From: Eledone cirrhosa
Lineage: Eukaryota
Reading direction: 5' to 3'
Length of the DNA stretch: 64,000 nt
Assembly (NCBI GenBank): GCA_964016885.1
Contig: OZ024748.1
Coordinates: 1,364,001-1,428,000 of the forward strand
Shown here piece after piece: positions 12,992-26,649 of the stretch. Numbering within the stretch: the stretch's first letter is position 1; every line of letters starts with the position of its first letter. The notes beneath the pieces were generated by a model. The model had not been told where the DNA came from. It saw only the letters and a list, made by a program, of their open reading frames with translations, and did no database searches. Made by a program: the position numbers and the translations under genes.

Positions 12992-13249
12992 TAGTCAGTT
13001 CTTAGATATGCCAGCTCTGTGTTTATAGTGTTGATGGTATCAGAGCCTTGGGACATATATATATGTATATGTATATAAAGTACCAGTCCAGTACTGGGGT
13101 TGATTCTTCCTCTATAGAAAAAATCGGCTGTGTTGAGACCTGGAGAGGTTTGGGCTCCGCCATGTTTAAAAGTGCCCTAAACACACCGTATGTCGGTGCC
13201 TCTACAACTCCAAGGAGTTATGGGATCTTTATCCTTTATATGTTAACAC

Positions 13250-13337
13250 ATATCTGAGGAGCTTCCGATTCCAGAGTCAGGATCGATCAATAATCGATTT
13301 TTCCTTGAGCTGATCGACAGTGAAACATATGTAATAT
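13250..13337 (+). ncRNA. Hammerhead motif with long stem II
   Basis: ATAT CTGAGGA GCT...TCGAT/ATCGA...AGT GAA ACATATGT A ATAT. Confidence 0.68.
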
Positions 13338-13733
13338 CTAATTAAATATGTATATGATGCAACACTGATTCTTTGTTCCCTTATATATTAACATTATTGA
13401 TATGCCTTTCATCCTTACGGGGTCGATAAAATAAAGTACCAGTAATGCACTGGGTAATTTGCTGGCCTTGTGCCTAAAGTAGAAACAATTATTGATACTC
13501 TGCTCCCCAAGAGCATCGAGTGTTCATATCAACATACCACCTATGGACACAATATATTTGCACCTTTAATACCTATATTCACATATATATATATAGATAT
13601 ATGTTCATATATATACATTTATATATATTCATATATATATATTTATATATATTAATATATATATTCATGTATATATATCTATATATATATATATATATAT
13701 ATATAGTTATGTAATAAACAACATAAGACAATT

Positions 13734-13808
13734 ATTCCATTTACCAAAGGTTTCACGGAGACAGACAAGCACGACGCAGACGTCTGAAATCGCTCATCAG
13801 AATGAAAT
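13734..13808 (-). ncRNA. Type I hammerhead ribozyme motif
   Basis: ATTTCATT CTGATGA GCG..CAGAC/GTCTG..CGT GAA ACC-TTT-GGT A AATGGAAT; 8-bp stem I. Confidence 0.8.
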
Positions 13809-13987
13809 TTTATTTGATGTGGATGTAAGATATGGATTTAGAAACAAAGGCTAAAACAATTGAAAGCGAGGCTGATATATAAAATAAAATAATGGGAGAA
13901 AATAGAATGTAATGTAATGAGGAAAAATAATAAATATATATATATAAATATACACATACATATATAAACATCTACCCACACCTATAC

Positions 13988-14019
<32 letters not shown>

Positions 14020-14077
14020 CATATATATTAATGCTTCAAATAAATCTCACTATATATATATGTGTCTGTTTGGACAG

Positions 14078-14224
14078 GTCTGGCAAATATCATGGCCTCT
14101 TCTAGAGATTATGAGTTATTAAAGAACGTCTGGAAATCTTGGCGTGATGTTACTGGTAAAGTGATCCGGAAGGATTTCATTGACTGGATCAAGTTGTCTA
14201 ACCAGGTCATATTAGATGGGAAAG
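14078..14224 (+). CDS. ACE: ACE exon (phase 1-1)
   Basis: ggacag/gtagg; GLANIMASSRDYELLKNVWKSWRDVTGKVIRKDFIDWIKLSNQVILDGK. Confidence 0.93.
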
Positions 14225-15597
14225 GTAGGTAGTTGCTTCCCCTTTTCTGCTTCATATTTGTTCTGTACTTATTTTCTACCCTTTTGTTGAAGTAACTGCG
14301 ATGTAGTTGCAGCTTTAAATACACATGTGATGTAAGTGAAGTATCTCAGTCAGTTTCAACGATGGCTATTGAAGTTGCTCAATGAAGGGCACAGCTTGCT
14401 CATGAAATGTGTAAGTGGAGAAGTGACATCCATCCCCTTCCTGTAATTCTGAAGGAGATTCAGTGTGACACACAGTATGTGACAAAGCTGTTTTGATTTA
14501 CAGGTACTTTCCTGTAGTTCTCAGAGAGATTCTGTGTGATACAGTATATGACAAAACTGACTCTTGCATTTACAGATACTGTAAATGTGGTTGGCATTAG
14601 GAAGGACATCCAGCTGTAAAACTCCATGCCATATTTACAGTTCCGTCTGAGCAATGAATGGCATAGCCAGCTGGCCAGACTTGTCTCATAACATGAGCAA
14701 CCCGTCTAACCCATGCAAGCATGGAAAATGGATGTTAAACGGTGATGAATTATTTCAATAGGTTTCCAAACAGTTTCCATCAAACCAATTTCATTCACAA
14801 AGCATAGGTCGACCCGGGGTCCCATGTATAAATGGCACTTGTTTAAGATGCCACCCTAGGGTATTGAACCTGGGACCTAATGATTGCAAAGCGAACCACT
14901 TAACCATTTAACCATGCTATTTCTAAAGATATATGTACTTTATGCATAAACATATTACTCCATTACCAGTTCCAGCCATCTGGCTGAGGCCATGCTGGGG
15001 CACCGCCATATTGTATATCAGTTCATAGGCACCTTTATTCTGAATCATACTCTGTTAGTGTTATTATTAATAAAAAAAAAAATGGAAGTTGGATTGGCAG
15101 TATCGGTAGAGGGTCAGACGCCATGCTTTGCAGCATAGAGTTATGGTCCTTTATGATCTGAGTTTAAGTTCCGCCGAGGTTAACTTTCATCCTTACGGGG
15201 TCGATAAAATAAAGTACCAGTAATGCACTGGGATAATTGCTGGCTTTGTGCCACAAAGTAGAAACAATTATTAATAAAAAAAAAAAAACTTGCCAATCAA
15301 ACTTGTACTGTATGTCAATAAGCCATCACTACAAATATCTCATTTACAAAATTCTAATAGGAGTAGTCAGCAAGTGTATGCTGATGATATGTAAGCACGT
15401 TGAAATGCATCCTCTGCTTGCAACTACCCTGGTTGCTGAACAACTATGAAATAAAGCTCCAGTCAAATACAGGGCTTTCATTTAACCAACTTTGCCCTTC
15501 CCCAAAACTTGCTTGCATTGTGCCTAAATAACAAATGAATAATTCTCTCCCCTTATTTCTTATTTCCTGATATATAAAACATGTATAACAGTTTGTA

Positions 15598-15729
15598 CAG
15601 TGGAACCTCGGTTCACAAACTTAATTTCTTCCTGAAGACTACGCGCCACCCGAAATGTTCATAAACCAAAACTAATTTTCCCACACAAAATGTTGAGAGA
15701 GAAATAGTGAGTGAAAGAGAGAGAGAGAG

Positions 15730-15782
<53 letters not shown>

Positions 15783-15986
15783 AAGAGAAAGAGAGAAAAA
15801 GAGAGACCAAGAAAGAGAGACTGTGTGTGAAAGACAGATAGATATCATCATAGTAACTAACTACACAGCAAATGATGCTTTTCTGCTGATACTCCCAGCT
15901 TGTTGCCAGCTTGTTTGATATTCACGACACCGTTCGTGAACCTATTTGTTGATGGAGTGAGGCGTTCGTGTACCGAGGTTCCAGTG
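15598..15986. mobile_element. Tigger/pogo-like MITE
   Basis: TIRs CAGTGGAACCTCGGT / ACCGAGGTTCCAGTG, preceded by TA. Confidence 0.7.
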
Positions 15987-16421
15987 TGTATATTTTACTC
16001 TACCTCTTGTCTCTTATTATACGATATATAAAACATGTATGTATAACTATTTGTATATTCTTCTTCTCTTTTGTCTCTTTTTTTCATTATATATATACAC
16101 AAAATTAAAATTCACTGATGACAACCATCACCATCACCATCACCACCACCACCATCATTACCACTATGATCATCACCACCATCATCATCATCACCACCAT
16201 CACCATCATCATTATCATCACCATCATCATTATCACCACCATCACCATCATCATTATCACCACCATCACCATCATCATCATCACCATCATCATTATCCAT
16301 TATCCATCTTTATCACCACCATCATCATCATTATCATCACCATCACCATCACCATCACCACCATCACCATCACCACCACCACCATCACCATCATCACCAT
16401 CACCATCATTATCAATATCAG

Positions 16422-16610
16422 TCTATAAGAACATTGGAGAGTATTGGCGGTCGCAGTATGGTCCTGACATTGAGAAGACTGTAGATGACTTAATGAAACA
16501 AATAATGCCACTTTATGAGTTGTTCCATGCGTTCGTGAGAGAGAAACTGAAAAAGAAATATGGAAAGAAGCACTTCCCAGAAAGCGGAACTATTCCTGCT
16601 CATCTGTTAG
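16422..16610 (+). CDS. ACE: ACE exon (phase 1-1)
   Basis: atatcag/gtaag; YKNIGEYWRSQYGPDIEKTVDDLMKQIMPLYELFHAFVREKLKKKYGKKHFPESGTIPAHLLG. Confidence 0.95.
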
Positions 16611-17614
16611 GTAAGTGTTGTTGTTGTTAGTGGTGGGGTTGTGGGCTTGTTGTTGGTGGTGGTGTTGTGGGTTTGTTGTTGTTGTTGGTGGTGGTGTTGT
16701 GGGGTTGTGGGTTTGTTGTTGTTGTTGGTGGTGGTGTTGTGGGTTTGTTGTTGTTGGTAGTGGTGTTGTGGGTTTGTTGTTGTTGTTGGTGGTGGTGTTG
16801 TGGGGTTGTGGTGTTGGTGTTGTGAGGTTGTTGTGGGGTTGTTGTGGGTTTGTTGTTGTTGTTGGTGGTGTTGGTGTTGTGGGTTTGTTGTTGTTGGTGG
16901 TGTCGGTGTTGTGGGGTTGTGGGTTTGTTGTTGGTGTTGTGAGGTTGTTGTAGAGTTGTTGTGGGGTTGTTGTGGGGTTGTTGTTGGTGTTGTGAGGTTG
17001 TTGTGGGGTTGTTGTTGGGTTGTGGGTTTGTTGTTGTTGTTGGTGTTGTGAGGTTGTTGTGGGGTTGTTGTGGGGTTGTGGGTTTGTTGTTGTTGTTGTT
17101 GGTGTTGTGAGGTTGTTGTGGGTTTGTTGTTGTTGTTGGTGGTGTTGTGAGGTTGTTGTGGGGTTGTGGGTTTGTTGTTGTTGTTGTTATGGGGTTGTTG
17201 GTGGTGGGGTGTGAGGTGGGAGGTTGTGGTGAGGTGATGGTGTTGTTGTGGTGGTGATCAGATGGATTTGGTGGTGGTGGTGGTGATGTGAGTGTTCTTG
17301 TTGTTATAGGTGGTGGTGATAGCGGTGAGTTGGTGGTGGGGGAAATTTGGACACAGATTTTAATTGGATAAGAGGGCAACATAAAGGTCAAAGGTTAAGT
17401 TCTTCTTCAGCCAAGCCACTTATGGGGGCCGTGGGAGCAGAGTCCATACACACTCCTTCCTGCGGGTCCTGTCTGAAGCAACCATCTTCAACTGATCCTG
17501 CTGGATCCTCAAGCAAGACCAGCCAAGCTCATCTTGCTCGGGACCTACCCCCGGGTTCTTTTGTATGTAATTTAAATTTTATATGATGATGATGACTACT
17601 TTTGATCTCTGTAG

Positions 17615-17706
17615 GAAACATGTGGGCACAAGACTGGAACTACATAGAGAATATTCTCCTCCCATCAGATTTGAGCTTTGATGTGACAGATTCCTTGAAG
17701 AGAAAG
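17615..17706 (+). CDS. ACE: ACE exon (phase 1-0)
   Basis: ctgtag/gtgag; GNMWAQDWNYIENILLPSDLSFDVTDSLKRK (conserved GNMWAQ). Confidence 0.95.
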
Positions 17707-18185
17707 GTGAGCTTAAAATGCATGTAAGGACACACTCCCTCCACAATAACTCCTGATTGAGTTGTAGGGGTGCCATAGCGACATACACAGGAGCAGTGGA
17801 AGCCTTTCTGAATTAAAGGGGCCAAATTTGATCAATTTAGTTGTAGGGATTAGTTTAGCAGTTATTACCAAATTTCAACCAAGATGTAAAAAAACTTTGA
17901 TATATGTGATAAACATAACACATACATAAATTGTAGCTATTATACAAATAGATATTTGATTTGGTAGTTTGGGGAGAAAAATATAATTATTAGGAGGTGG
18001 AGGGCATGTCACACCTCCTCCAGTCCCTGATACAGCATGTCATGGGCATTTAAAACCTGGTGGAACCCATTACCTCTTCAGGTCTCAACACAGCTGATTT
18101 CTTCCAGAGGAAGAGAGGGTGGGGTAGTGAGAAAGACATAGAGAGTAAGAATTGACCCCAGTAGTGAACTGGTACTTTTTTTAAC

Positions 18186-18500
18186 AAACTGTCCTTATTA
18201 TTTTCTTTACAAGACTACATAGCTCTCAAGATGTTTTAAACTGTCCTTATTATTTTCTTTACAAGACTACATAGCTCTCAAGATGTTTTAAACTGTCCTT
18301 ATTATTTTCTTTACAAGACTACATAGCTCTCAGGATGTTTTAAACTGTCATTATTATTTTCTTTACAAGACTACATAGCTCTCAAGATGTTTTAAACTGT
18401 TCTTATTATTTTCTTTACAAGACTACACAGTTCTCAAGATGTTTTAAACTCTCATTATTATTCTTCCTACAGAACTACACAGCTCACAAGATGTTTAAAC
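18186..18500 (+). repeat. 52-bp tandem repeat x6 spanning an ACE splice acceptor
   Basis: AAACTGTCCTTATTATTTTCTTTACAAGACTACATAGCTCTCAAGATGTTTT; the last unit is the real intron/exon junction. Confidence 0.92.
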
Positions 18501-18642
18501 TATCTGAGGCGTTTTTCATATCTCTTGATCTCAAGCCTATGACTGACACATTCTGGAATAAATCAATTATCACAAAAGTTGATGATAAAGTCATGCAATG
18601 CCATGCCTCCGCCTGGGATTTCTTCAAAAAAGATGATTACAG
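18473..18642 (+). CDS. ACE: ACE exon (phase 0-2)
   Basis: cctacag/gtaat; NYTAHKMFKLSEAFFISLDLKPMTDTFWNKSIITKVDDKVMQCHASAWDFFKKDDYR (CHASAWDF). Confidence 0.95.
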
Positions 18643-19477
18643 GTAATCCTCAATCTTATACATTTAACTATTGTTGTTTTAACCCAAGGCAGCCTTCATC
18701 CAGTAGTCCTATGATCAAAGATATTGCAGTTTTGGTCATTTAGCTGTTTGACCCAGGGCAGCCTTCATCCAGTAGTCCAAGGATCAAACACTTTCCAGCA
18801 ATAATATTTTCATCTTTTATTTAGATAGTGTATCTAGGACTACACTACCTAATGTGTGCTTCCTTGTTTTTTATGCAGATTAGCTCCCATCAAGAAGAAC
18901 TGTATGAGTATGTGTGTGCGTGTGTGTATATATATATGTCTATGTTTGATACATATTCTTTGTATGCTTGAGTGTATGTGTCTATGTACACATGTGCTAT
19001 TATGTAAGTATATAAACATACACGCATGTATATACATATATATACATAATGTATATAACAATGAAACTTATTGTGTACAGAGCTCAGGTGCACTACAACT
19101 CATCAAAGGTGCATGTATAGTACATAGGGTAATGTACAGATGTCAGGAAAGTGAACAGTGCATGAGTCATGATATACACAGATATACACTTACACACACA
19201 CACAGATATACACTTACACGCACACACACTTACACACACACACTTACACAGACACACACTTACACACACACTCAGATATACACTTACACGCACACCCACA
19301 GACACACACTTACACACACACTTACACACACACACTCACACTTACACACACACACACACACTTACACACACACACACACACTGACACACTGACCCACACT
19401 CAGACACACACACACTCACACTGACCTCCACTCAGACACACAAACTCAATACATATTTTATTTTCCCCGACCACCAG

Positions 19478-19602
19478 AATCAAGATGTGTACCGAGATAA
19501 CTATGGAAGACCTAATCACTATCCACCATGAAATGGGACATATTCAGTATTACCAACAGTACGCAGATCAGCCAGCTTACTTTAGAGATGGGGCTAATCC
19601 AG
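19478..19602 (+). CDS. ACE: ACE exon with HEXXH zinc motif (phase 2-1)
   Basis: ccaccag/gttgg; [42 protein letters not shown]. Confidence 0.97.
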
Positions 19603-19764
19603 GTTGGTATATAATCCTACTTAATCCACTACCATCAACATATATATATGTATGTTTATATACATTTATGTATATATTCATATATACATATTTGTGTGTG
19701 TATATATATATATATGTGTGTGTCTGTGTGTATGTATATATATATATATGTGTGTGTGTATATA

Positions 19765-19819
<55 letters not shown>

Positions 19820-19826
19820 ATGTATG

Positions 19827-19901
<75 letters not shown>

Positions 19902-20464
19902 ATATGTATATACATATATATATGTGTGTGTGTGTATATATGTATGTATATATATATACAAATAAAATATAGAGTTATTAACTCATTTAGATACCCTGCA
20001 ATTAACAAACTCAAAGTATAAATACTGAGCATTATAAATCCTGCCGAGGTTGACTTTGCCTTTCATCATTACGGGGTTGATAAAATAAAGTACCAGTAAT
20101 GTACTGGGTAATTGCTGGCCTTGTGCCTAAAGTAGAAACAATTATTATATTAATATGTGTAGAAGTAAACACAGTAAACCCGTGTCTAAAATTACGAGGG
20201 TAGATTACACCACAAATGTTATATATCATTCAACCTAAATCATATGGGTTGTTACAAGATGTCTTACAAGATGTCTTACAAGATGTCTTACAAGATGTCT
20301 CATACATACCATATCAATAACCATTTCATATCCCGGACAGACTAAAGATTTAATCTGTTTCGCCCTGAATGAATCGTGTTGGTAACAAGTAATCCGTAGG
20401 CATTTCGTCAGCAGGAGATGAGACTAAATGTTACATAACACCTACAACAATAAACTCACTAAAG

Positions 20465-20501
<37 letters not shown>

Positions 20502-20577
20502 ATATGTATATATGTGTGTGTGTGTATGTATGTATACACATATATATATATGTATGTATATATATATATGTATATAC

Positions 20578-20611
<34 letters not shown>

Positions 20612-20676
20612 GTACATATGTATATACATATGTATATATATATATGTATATATATGTATATACATATGTATATATA

Positions 20677-21014
20677 TCATCATCATCATTTTTTACGTTC
20701 GCTTTTCCCTCTTTGCAACGGTGGGGCGGGAACTGATTCTGGCTTGATTTCTACAGCTGGATGCCCTTCCTAACACCAACCTCATTTACAGTGATTGCTG
20801 GGTGCTTTTTTTGCCGTGGCACCTCCACGACCACTTTTCAGTGGAATGATAGGGACCCTAGTCCCTATCATCTCATTTCTACAGCTGAGTAAACTGGAGC
20901 AATGTGAAATAAAGTGTCTTGCTCAAGGAAACAACACATCACCCGGTCTGAGAATTGAACTCACAACCTTTCGGTTGCAAGGCCAATACTCTAACCACTA
21001 AGCCATGTGCCTCC
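20677..21014 (-). mobile_element. tRNA-derived SINE family B with RTE-type 3' tail (copies 40159-40498 minus, 41277-41525 plus)
   Basis: GGAGGCACATGGCTTAGTGGTTAG A-box, GAGTTCAATTC B-box, central CCTTGAGCAAGACACTT, 3' ggtgttaggaagggcatccagctgtagaaa..(GAT)n. Confidence 0.85.
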
Positions 21015-21064
21015 ATGTATATATATATATGTATATATATGTATATATATATATATATATATAC

Positions 21065-21271
<207 letters not shown>

Positions 21272-21448
21272 CATAATACAATATGTAGAGAAGATAATAC
21301 ACCAGAGAGAGAGAGATAGTGCGCCATCAATGAAACAGGGAAAAAACCACCAGTGTATGGAATCTATAGCCCATGGAAGGCAGAGTGGACACACAATAAT
21401 TAAAAGTATAAATCAAAGTGCAAATACGTACCTTGACAACTATCTAAC

Positions 21449-21531
21449 ACACACGTACAAATCCAACAGGATCTGTTTCACCAACTAATTTGTTGACAGA
21501 AATGATTAGCCCATGGTTCATCAGCGTGTGT
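21449..21531 (-). ncRNA. Hammerhead motif with imperfect proximal stem I
   Basis: ACACACG CTGATGA ACCA...TGGT GAA ACAG-ATC-CTGT T GGATTTGTA CGTGTGT. Confidence 0.6.
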
Positions 21532-21817
21532 AAGGCTATACATTTCAGACAACACTAAAAGAATCTAAAGCGACCATCCAGCCACACGTGGGAGAGAGAA
21601 ATTGACAGCGTGCCTAGGGCTAGGCACGTTATCTTCTTTACATATGTGTGTTATTTTCTCTACATATTGTATTATAAAGGGCTCGGGATTCCTTCTTCTT
21701 TGAGCACATTAATGACAGGGAATGGCGAGAGTCTATGGCTCCGTTAATTTATCGTGATATGTATATACATATATATATACATATACATATGTGTATATAT
21801 ATGTGTATATACATATG

Positions 21818-21888
<71 letters not shown>

Positions 21889-21977
21889 GCATATTTTCTC
21901 CACATTTTTGTCATCATTTTAGCTAATATAATGCTTCCATGTTCTCTACATATCTTCTACATGATGTTTCGAATGTT

Positions 21978-22921
21978 TCCAATATATCTCCAATATGTCT
22001 CCAATATATCTCCAATATATCTCCAATATGTCTCCAATATGTTTCCAATATATCTCCAATATATCTCCAATATATCTCCAATATATCTCCAATATGTTTC
22101 CAATATATCTCCAATATATCTCCAATATATCTCCAATATATCTCCAATATGTTTCCAATATATCTCCAATATATCTCCAATATATCTCCAATATGTCTCC
22201 AATATATCTCCAATATGTTTCCAATATATCTCCAATATATCTCCAATATATCTCCAATATGTCTCCAATATATCTCCAATATGTCTCCAATATGTTTCCA
22301 ATATATCTCCAATATATCTCCAATATGTCTCCAATATGTTTCCAATATATCTCCAATATATCTCCAATATATCTCCAATATATCTCCAATATGTCTCCAA
22401 TATATCTCCAATATGTCTCCAATATGTTTCCAATATATCTCCAATATATCTCCAATATATCTCCAATATATCTCCAATATGTCTCCAATATGTCTCCAAT
22501 ATATCTCCAATATATCTCCAATATATCTCCAATATGTCTCCAATATATCTCCAATATATCTCCAATATATCTCCAATATGTTTCCAATATATCTCCAATA
22601 TATCTCCAATATGTCTCCAATATGTCTCCAATATATCTCCAATATATCTCCAATATATCTCCAATATATCTCCAATATATCTCCAATATATCTCCAATAT
22701 ATCTCCAATATGTCTCCAATATATCTCCAATATATCTCCAATATGTCTCCAATATGTCTCCAATATATCTCCAATATATCTCCAATATATCTCCAATATG
22801 TCTCCAATATATCTCCAATATATCTCCAATATATCTCCAATATATCTCCAATATATCTCCAATATATCTCCAATATATCTCCAATATGTCTCCAATATGT
22901 CTCCAATATGTCTCCAATATC
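21978..22921 (+). repeat. 11-bp minisatellite (CTCCAATATAT)
   Basis: Direct inspection; explains the 11-aa periodic ORFs in all frames. Confidence 0.97.
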
Positions 22922-22938
22922 TTTCCATTATATTCCAG

Positions 22939-23037
22939 GCTTCCACGAAGCTGTTGGAGACACTCTGGCACTATCAGTATCAACACCGCAACATTTATCT
23001 AAAATTAAGCTACTTAAGAATTTCACAGACAATAAAG
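22939..23037 (+). CDS. ACE: ACE exon with third zinc ligand (phase 1-1)
   Basis: ttccag/gtaat; GFHEAVGDTLALSVSTPQHLSKIKLLKNFTDNK. Confidence 0.96.
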
Positions 23038-23689
23038 GTAATGGATGTTATACAATAGACAAATTAAATTTTATATACTCTCGGGTCATGAATAATTGTT
23101 GTGGCCCACAGCCCCTCCCCTTGCTTATCTATTTTTCAGATTTTTTCAAACCCACTTATTAAATTCTGCTAATCTCTTCCTGGCGAAATTTTATTTTAAG
23201 TACTACGATTCCTGCAATAAGTAATTTTTTTTAGACAATAAAAAAACATTAAACATGACATAAAAAGTACATTACTAGAAATTCCATATGTTATAAAATA
23301 AATAGAATGGGTTGGGGTCTCAATATGTATAAACTAAAACCATTAATTCTGTTTTTGTTTGTTTTTTTAAATCAAGGGAGACAACCTAGAAAGATTACTG
23401 ATTTTCCTCCCCTTATTGCACACACACACACATACACACCCGATTATTTGGGACCCAAGAGTAAACATGAAGTAATTAATTATATACATGTTTATATATA
23501 TATATTTCATTAGTTAAGCAAAGACAAGACCACAAATTTCACAAGGAAGACGTTATTTAAAGAAAGTCAACATAGTTTCAGTATATGTGAGGAATAAGGA
23601 GTGTAATTATAATTTAATGTAAGGAATAATAATAATTATATATACATATATATATATATAAACATGTATATAATTAATTACTTCATGTT

Positions 23690-23731
<42 letters not shown>

Positions 23732-23789
23732 ATTCCAGAAAATATCATATATTTTCACTAGCTCTGACAATTGGCAGGTAATATTTCAT

Positions 23790-25013
23790 CAAGTGTGTGA
23801 GGTCAGATTTTATCAAGTCGTCCCAGGTTTTTCTGGGTCTGCCTACTCCGTAGTTACCGTCTATTTTTATTGCCCTGCACTTTTTTATACAGCTGTCATC
23901 TTTCATGCACATCACGTGACCGTACCAACGTAGTCTTCTCTCGAGTAAACAGCATCTGATCCCTCTTATTCCTAATTTCTCACTTAGTTCATTTATGCTT
24001 TGCCGTTCGTGTATACTATTACACATCCAACGGAGCATGCAAGCTTCATTCCTCTCCCGTCTGCGTAGATCCCCTGCACACAATGCCCAGGTCTCACTGC
24101 CATGTAACATTGCTGTTCGTATGCAGGCATCATACAGCCTGCCTTTCATTTTTAGAGAGAAACCTTTAGCGGCCAATAGTGGTATAAGCTCTCTGAACAT
24201 TTTCCATCCCGTTCGGACTCTAGCTACAGTACTTTCGGAGCACCCTCCACCACTGCTGATTTTGTCACCCAGGTAACGGAAGGTGTCCACTATTTCTATA
24301 GAACCATCTGGGCAATGGAATGAGCTAGTATTCTGTGGGCACTTGCCGCTACTTATTGCACCAGAGCACCGGCCACATATAAAATCTATATTCTTAGTTA
24401 GCTTACCTGTGATCACACTACATCTTTTATGCACCCATACTTTGCATTTGGGACATAAAATGGAGTTTCTGCCTACTCCTTTCCTACACACTAAGCATGG
24501 CCATTTCCTAGATGGGACCAGTGCCCTATTCTCCTTCCTACATATTAGGGCTTTAGTCTTAGACAAGTTAACTTTAAGGCTTTTTGATTCTAGGCCATGC
24601 TTCCATGTTTGGAATTTCTTCTCTAGTTCAGCCATTGATTCGGCTATGAGCGTCATCTGCGTATAGAAGTTCCCATGAGCAGCCGGTCTTGAACTACTCT
24701 GTTATAGCCTGAAGGGCAATAATAAATAGGAGGGGGCTAAGGACGGAGCCCTGATGAACACCAACTTTTACGCTAAACTCTTCACTATATTCGTTGTTAA
24801 TTCTAACCTTGCTGACTGTTTCTTTATACATGGCTTGTATAGCTCTCACAAGTCATTCATCTACACCTAGTTTTCTAAGAGCCCACCAGATAATGGAGTG
24901 GAGGACTCTGTCAAAGGCTTTCTCCAGGTCTACAAAAGCTAAGTAGAGAGGTTTACTTTTAGCTAGGTACTTCTCCTGTAGTTGTCGTACAATGAAAAGA
25001 GTGTCTGTGGTAC
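23790..25013 (-). pseudogene. Disrupted RTE LINE reverse transcriptase
   Basis: STTDTLFIVRQLQEKY..AFVDLEKAFD; stop and frameshift near YADD (~24660); continues as ORF 23745-24656. Confidence 0.9.
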
Positions 25014-26649
25014 TTTTATATATATATATATACTTATAAAAATATATATACATATATATATATATAAAAGTATAAGTAAGATGTATGGTAGGTCGTATGT
25101 GAATCGCGATGATCACGTCTGACTTACCAAATATGTGACGGCAACCACTGGCTATTAGATCCACAGGTAAATCTCCCAGAGAGTCCACGCAGATAATAGT
25201 GAACCCCAGGTGATCTATGAACGTTTAAACAAGACCAGCTGCGCCTGGAGCTATGCAGATGACTGCATACGCATAATGGATATCGTGCCTGGAGCTATGC
25301 AGGGGACTGCATAGGCAGAATGGATATCGCGCCCACACGGTCACCAGTACTGTTCATCCTGTTATATGTATGTAAATATCAGTGCGCGGGATATCCCTGA
25401 GTACATTTTCTTGACCATCAATTGTTTGTTATTTAGGCAAGAATGTACCATTGTGTCTGTGCTAGTCCTATGTGTTGCTGTGTGTGTGTAAAGTATCCGA
25501 GCGCGGGATATCCCTGAGCTAATTTTGCCTGACCGTTAATAGTGTTCTGATTACTTGTTGATTGGGCAGGAATATATATTGTTGTCTTTGTTGATCCTGT
25601 ATCAATAACTTTGTGATAATTTTGTAATAATTTTATGATAATTTTGTAATAATTTTGCGATAATTTTGTGATGATTTTGTGGTAATTTTGTAATAATTTT
25701 GTAATAATTTTTAATCCTGTATCAATAATTTTAGAATGTTTTTTTTGTGATAATACATGGTTAGATCACTGAAGCTACCTTATACCTTCTTAAAGATACA
25801 TTTTATAATTATTGTCTTTTTGCTTATGTATTTTCTTAGTTACCACTTTCTTTAATCTTGCCCAACTTGATAAACTCCTTGAATTGCTCCCTAATTAAAT
25901 TACTTAAATTGCTTAGATTATTGTATCTATTATGCCTAAGTTGTATCTGTTGAAGCAGCCCTTTGAAAATTCCTCGGATATCCCAAATACCGTAATTTTT
26001 AATTTTTAACTTTTAATGTATAATTTTCCTCAATTCGTTTTTATATTTATCCTTAAAGGCTCTCTAAAATTTTAATTCTTCGAAGGGTCTCTCGGAAGAA
26101 GTTCCTATTGGAAATATTAAAGGGGCCTTTTCTGAGAGATTTATGGAAGGCTCTCTGAATTAACCTCTAATTGATTAGTTTCTTTCAACCTAGTTTTCAA
26201 TTCAGTTTTCTGAATTTTGTAAACGTGATCTCGGGGGAAGAAGGTTTTTTTCTTTCGGAAAAAATTTTTTTTCTCTAGAAGAAATTTCATAGGAACTTTA
26301 TATATTTTTTAGGGAAACTTTATATTTTTATTTTATTATTTTATTAGCCTCTTAATTTTCTTCTAGTCTAATAGGTTTATTGGAGCCTGTAAGCTTTATG
26401 CACTCATTGAGGGATTTTCTAAGGTGCTTCTACGGGACCCCAAGTCTTTTAGTTTAATGTTGATGCGTAAATTATATATTTTTGTCTAATTTTTAAACTT
26501 CAATCCCTGACCCCGACAACTAATATAAAAGTGCCCCCCTTAGAATATTGACCCCAACTATACAAGCGGAGTTGCTGATGTATACAACAATTTCAAACTG
26601 CTAGCCTTGAGTGATACGTTGATGTAAACAATGATCTTGCAATCACATG

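Noticed and set aside
20940-21014. tRNA gene
   Set aside because: tRNA-like head continues into a SINE body and is multi-copy; no complete cloverleaf
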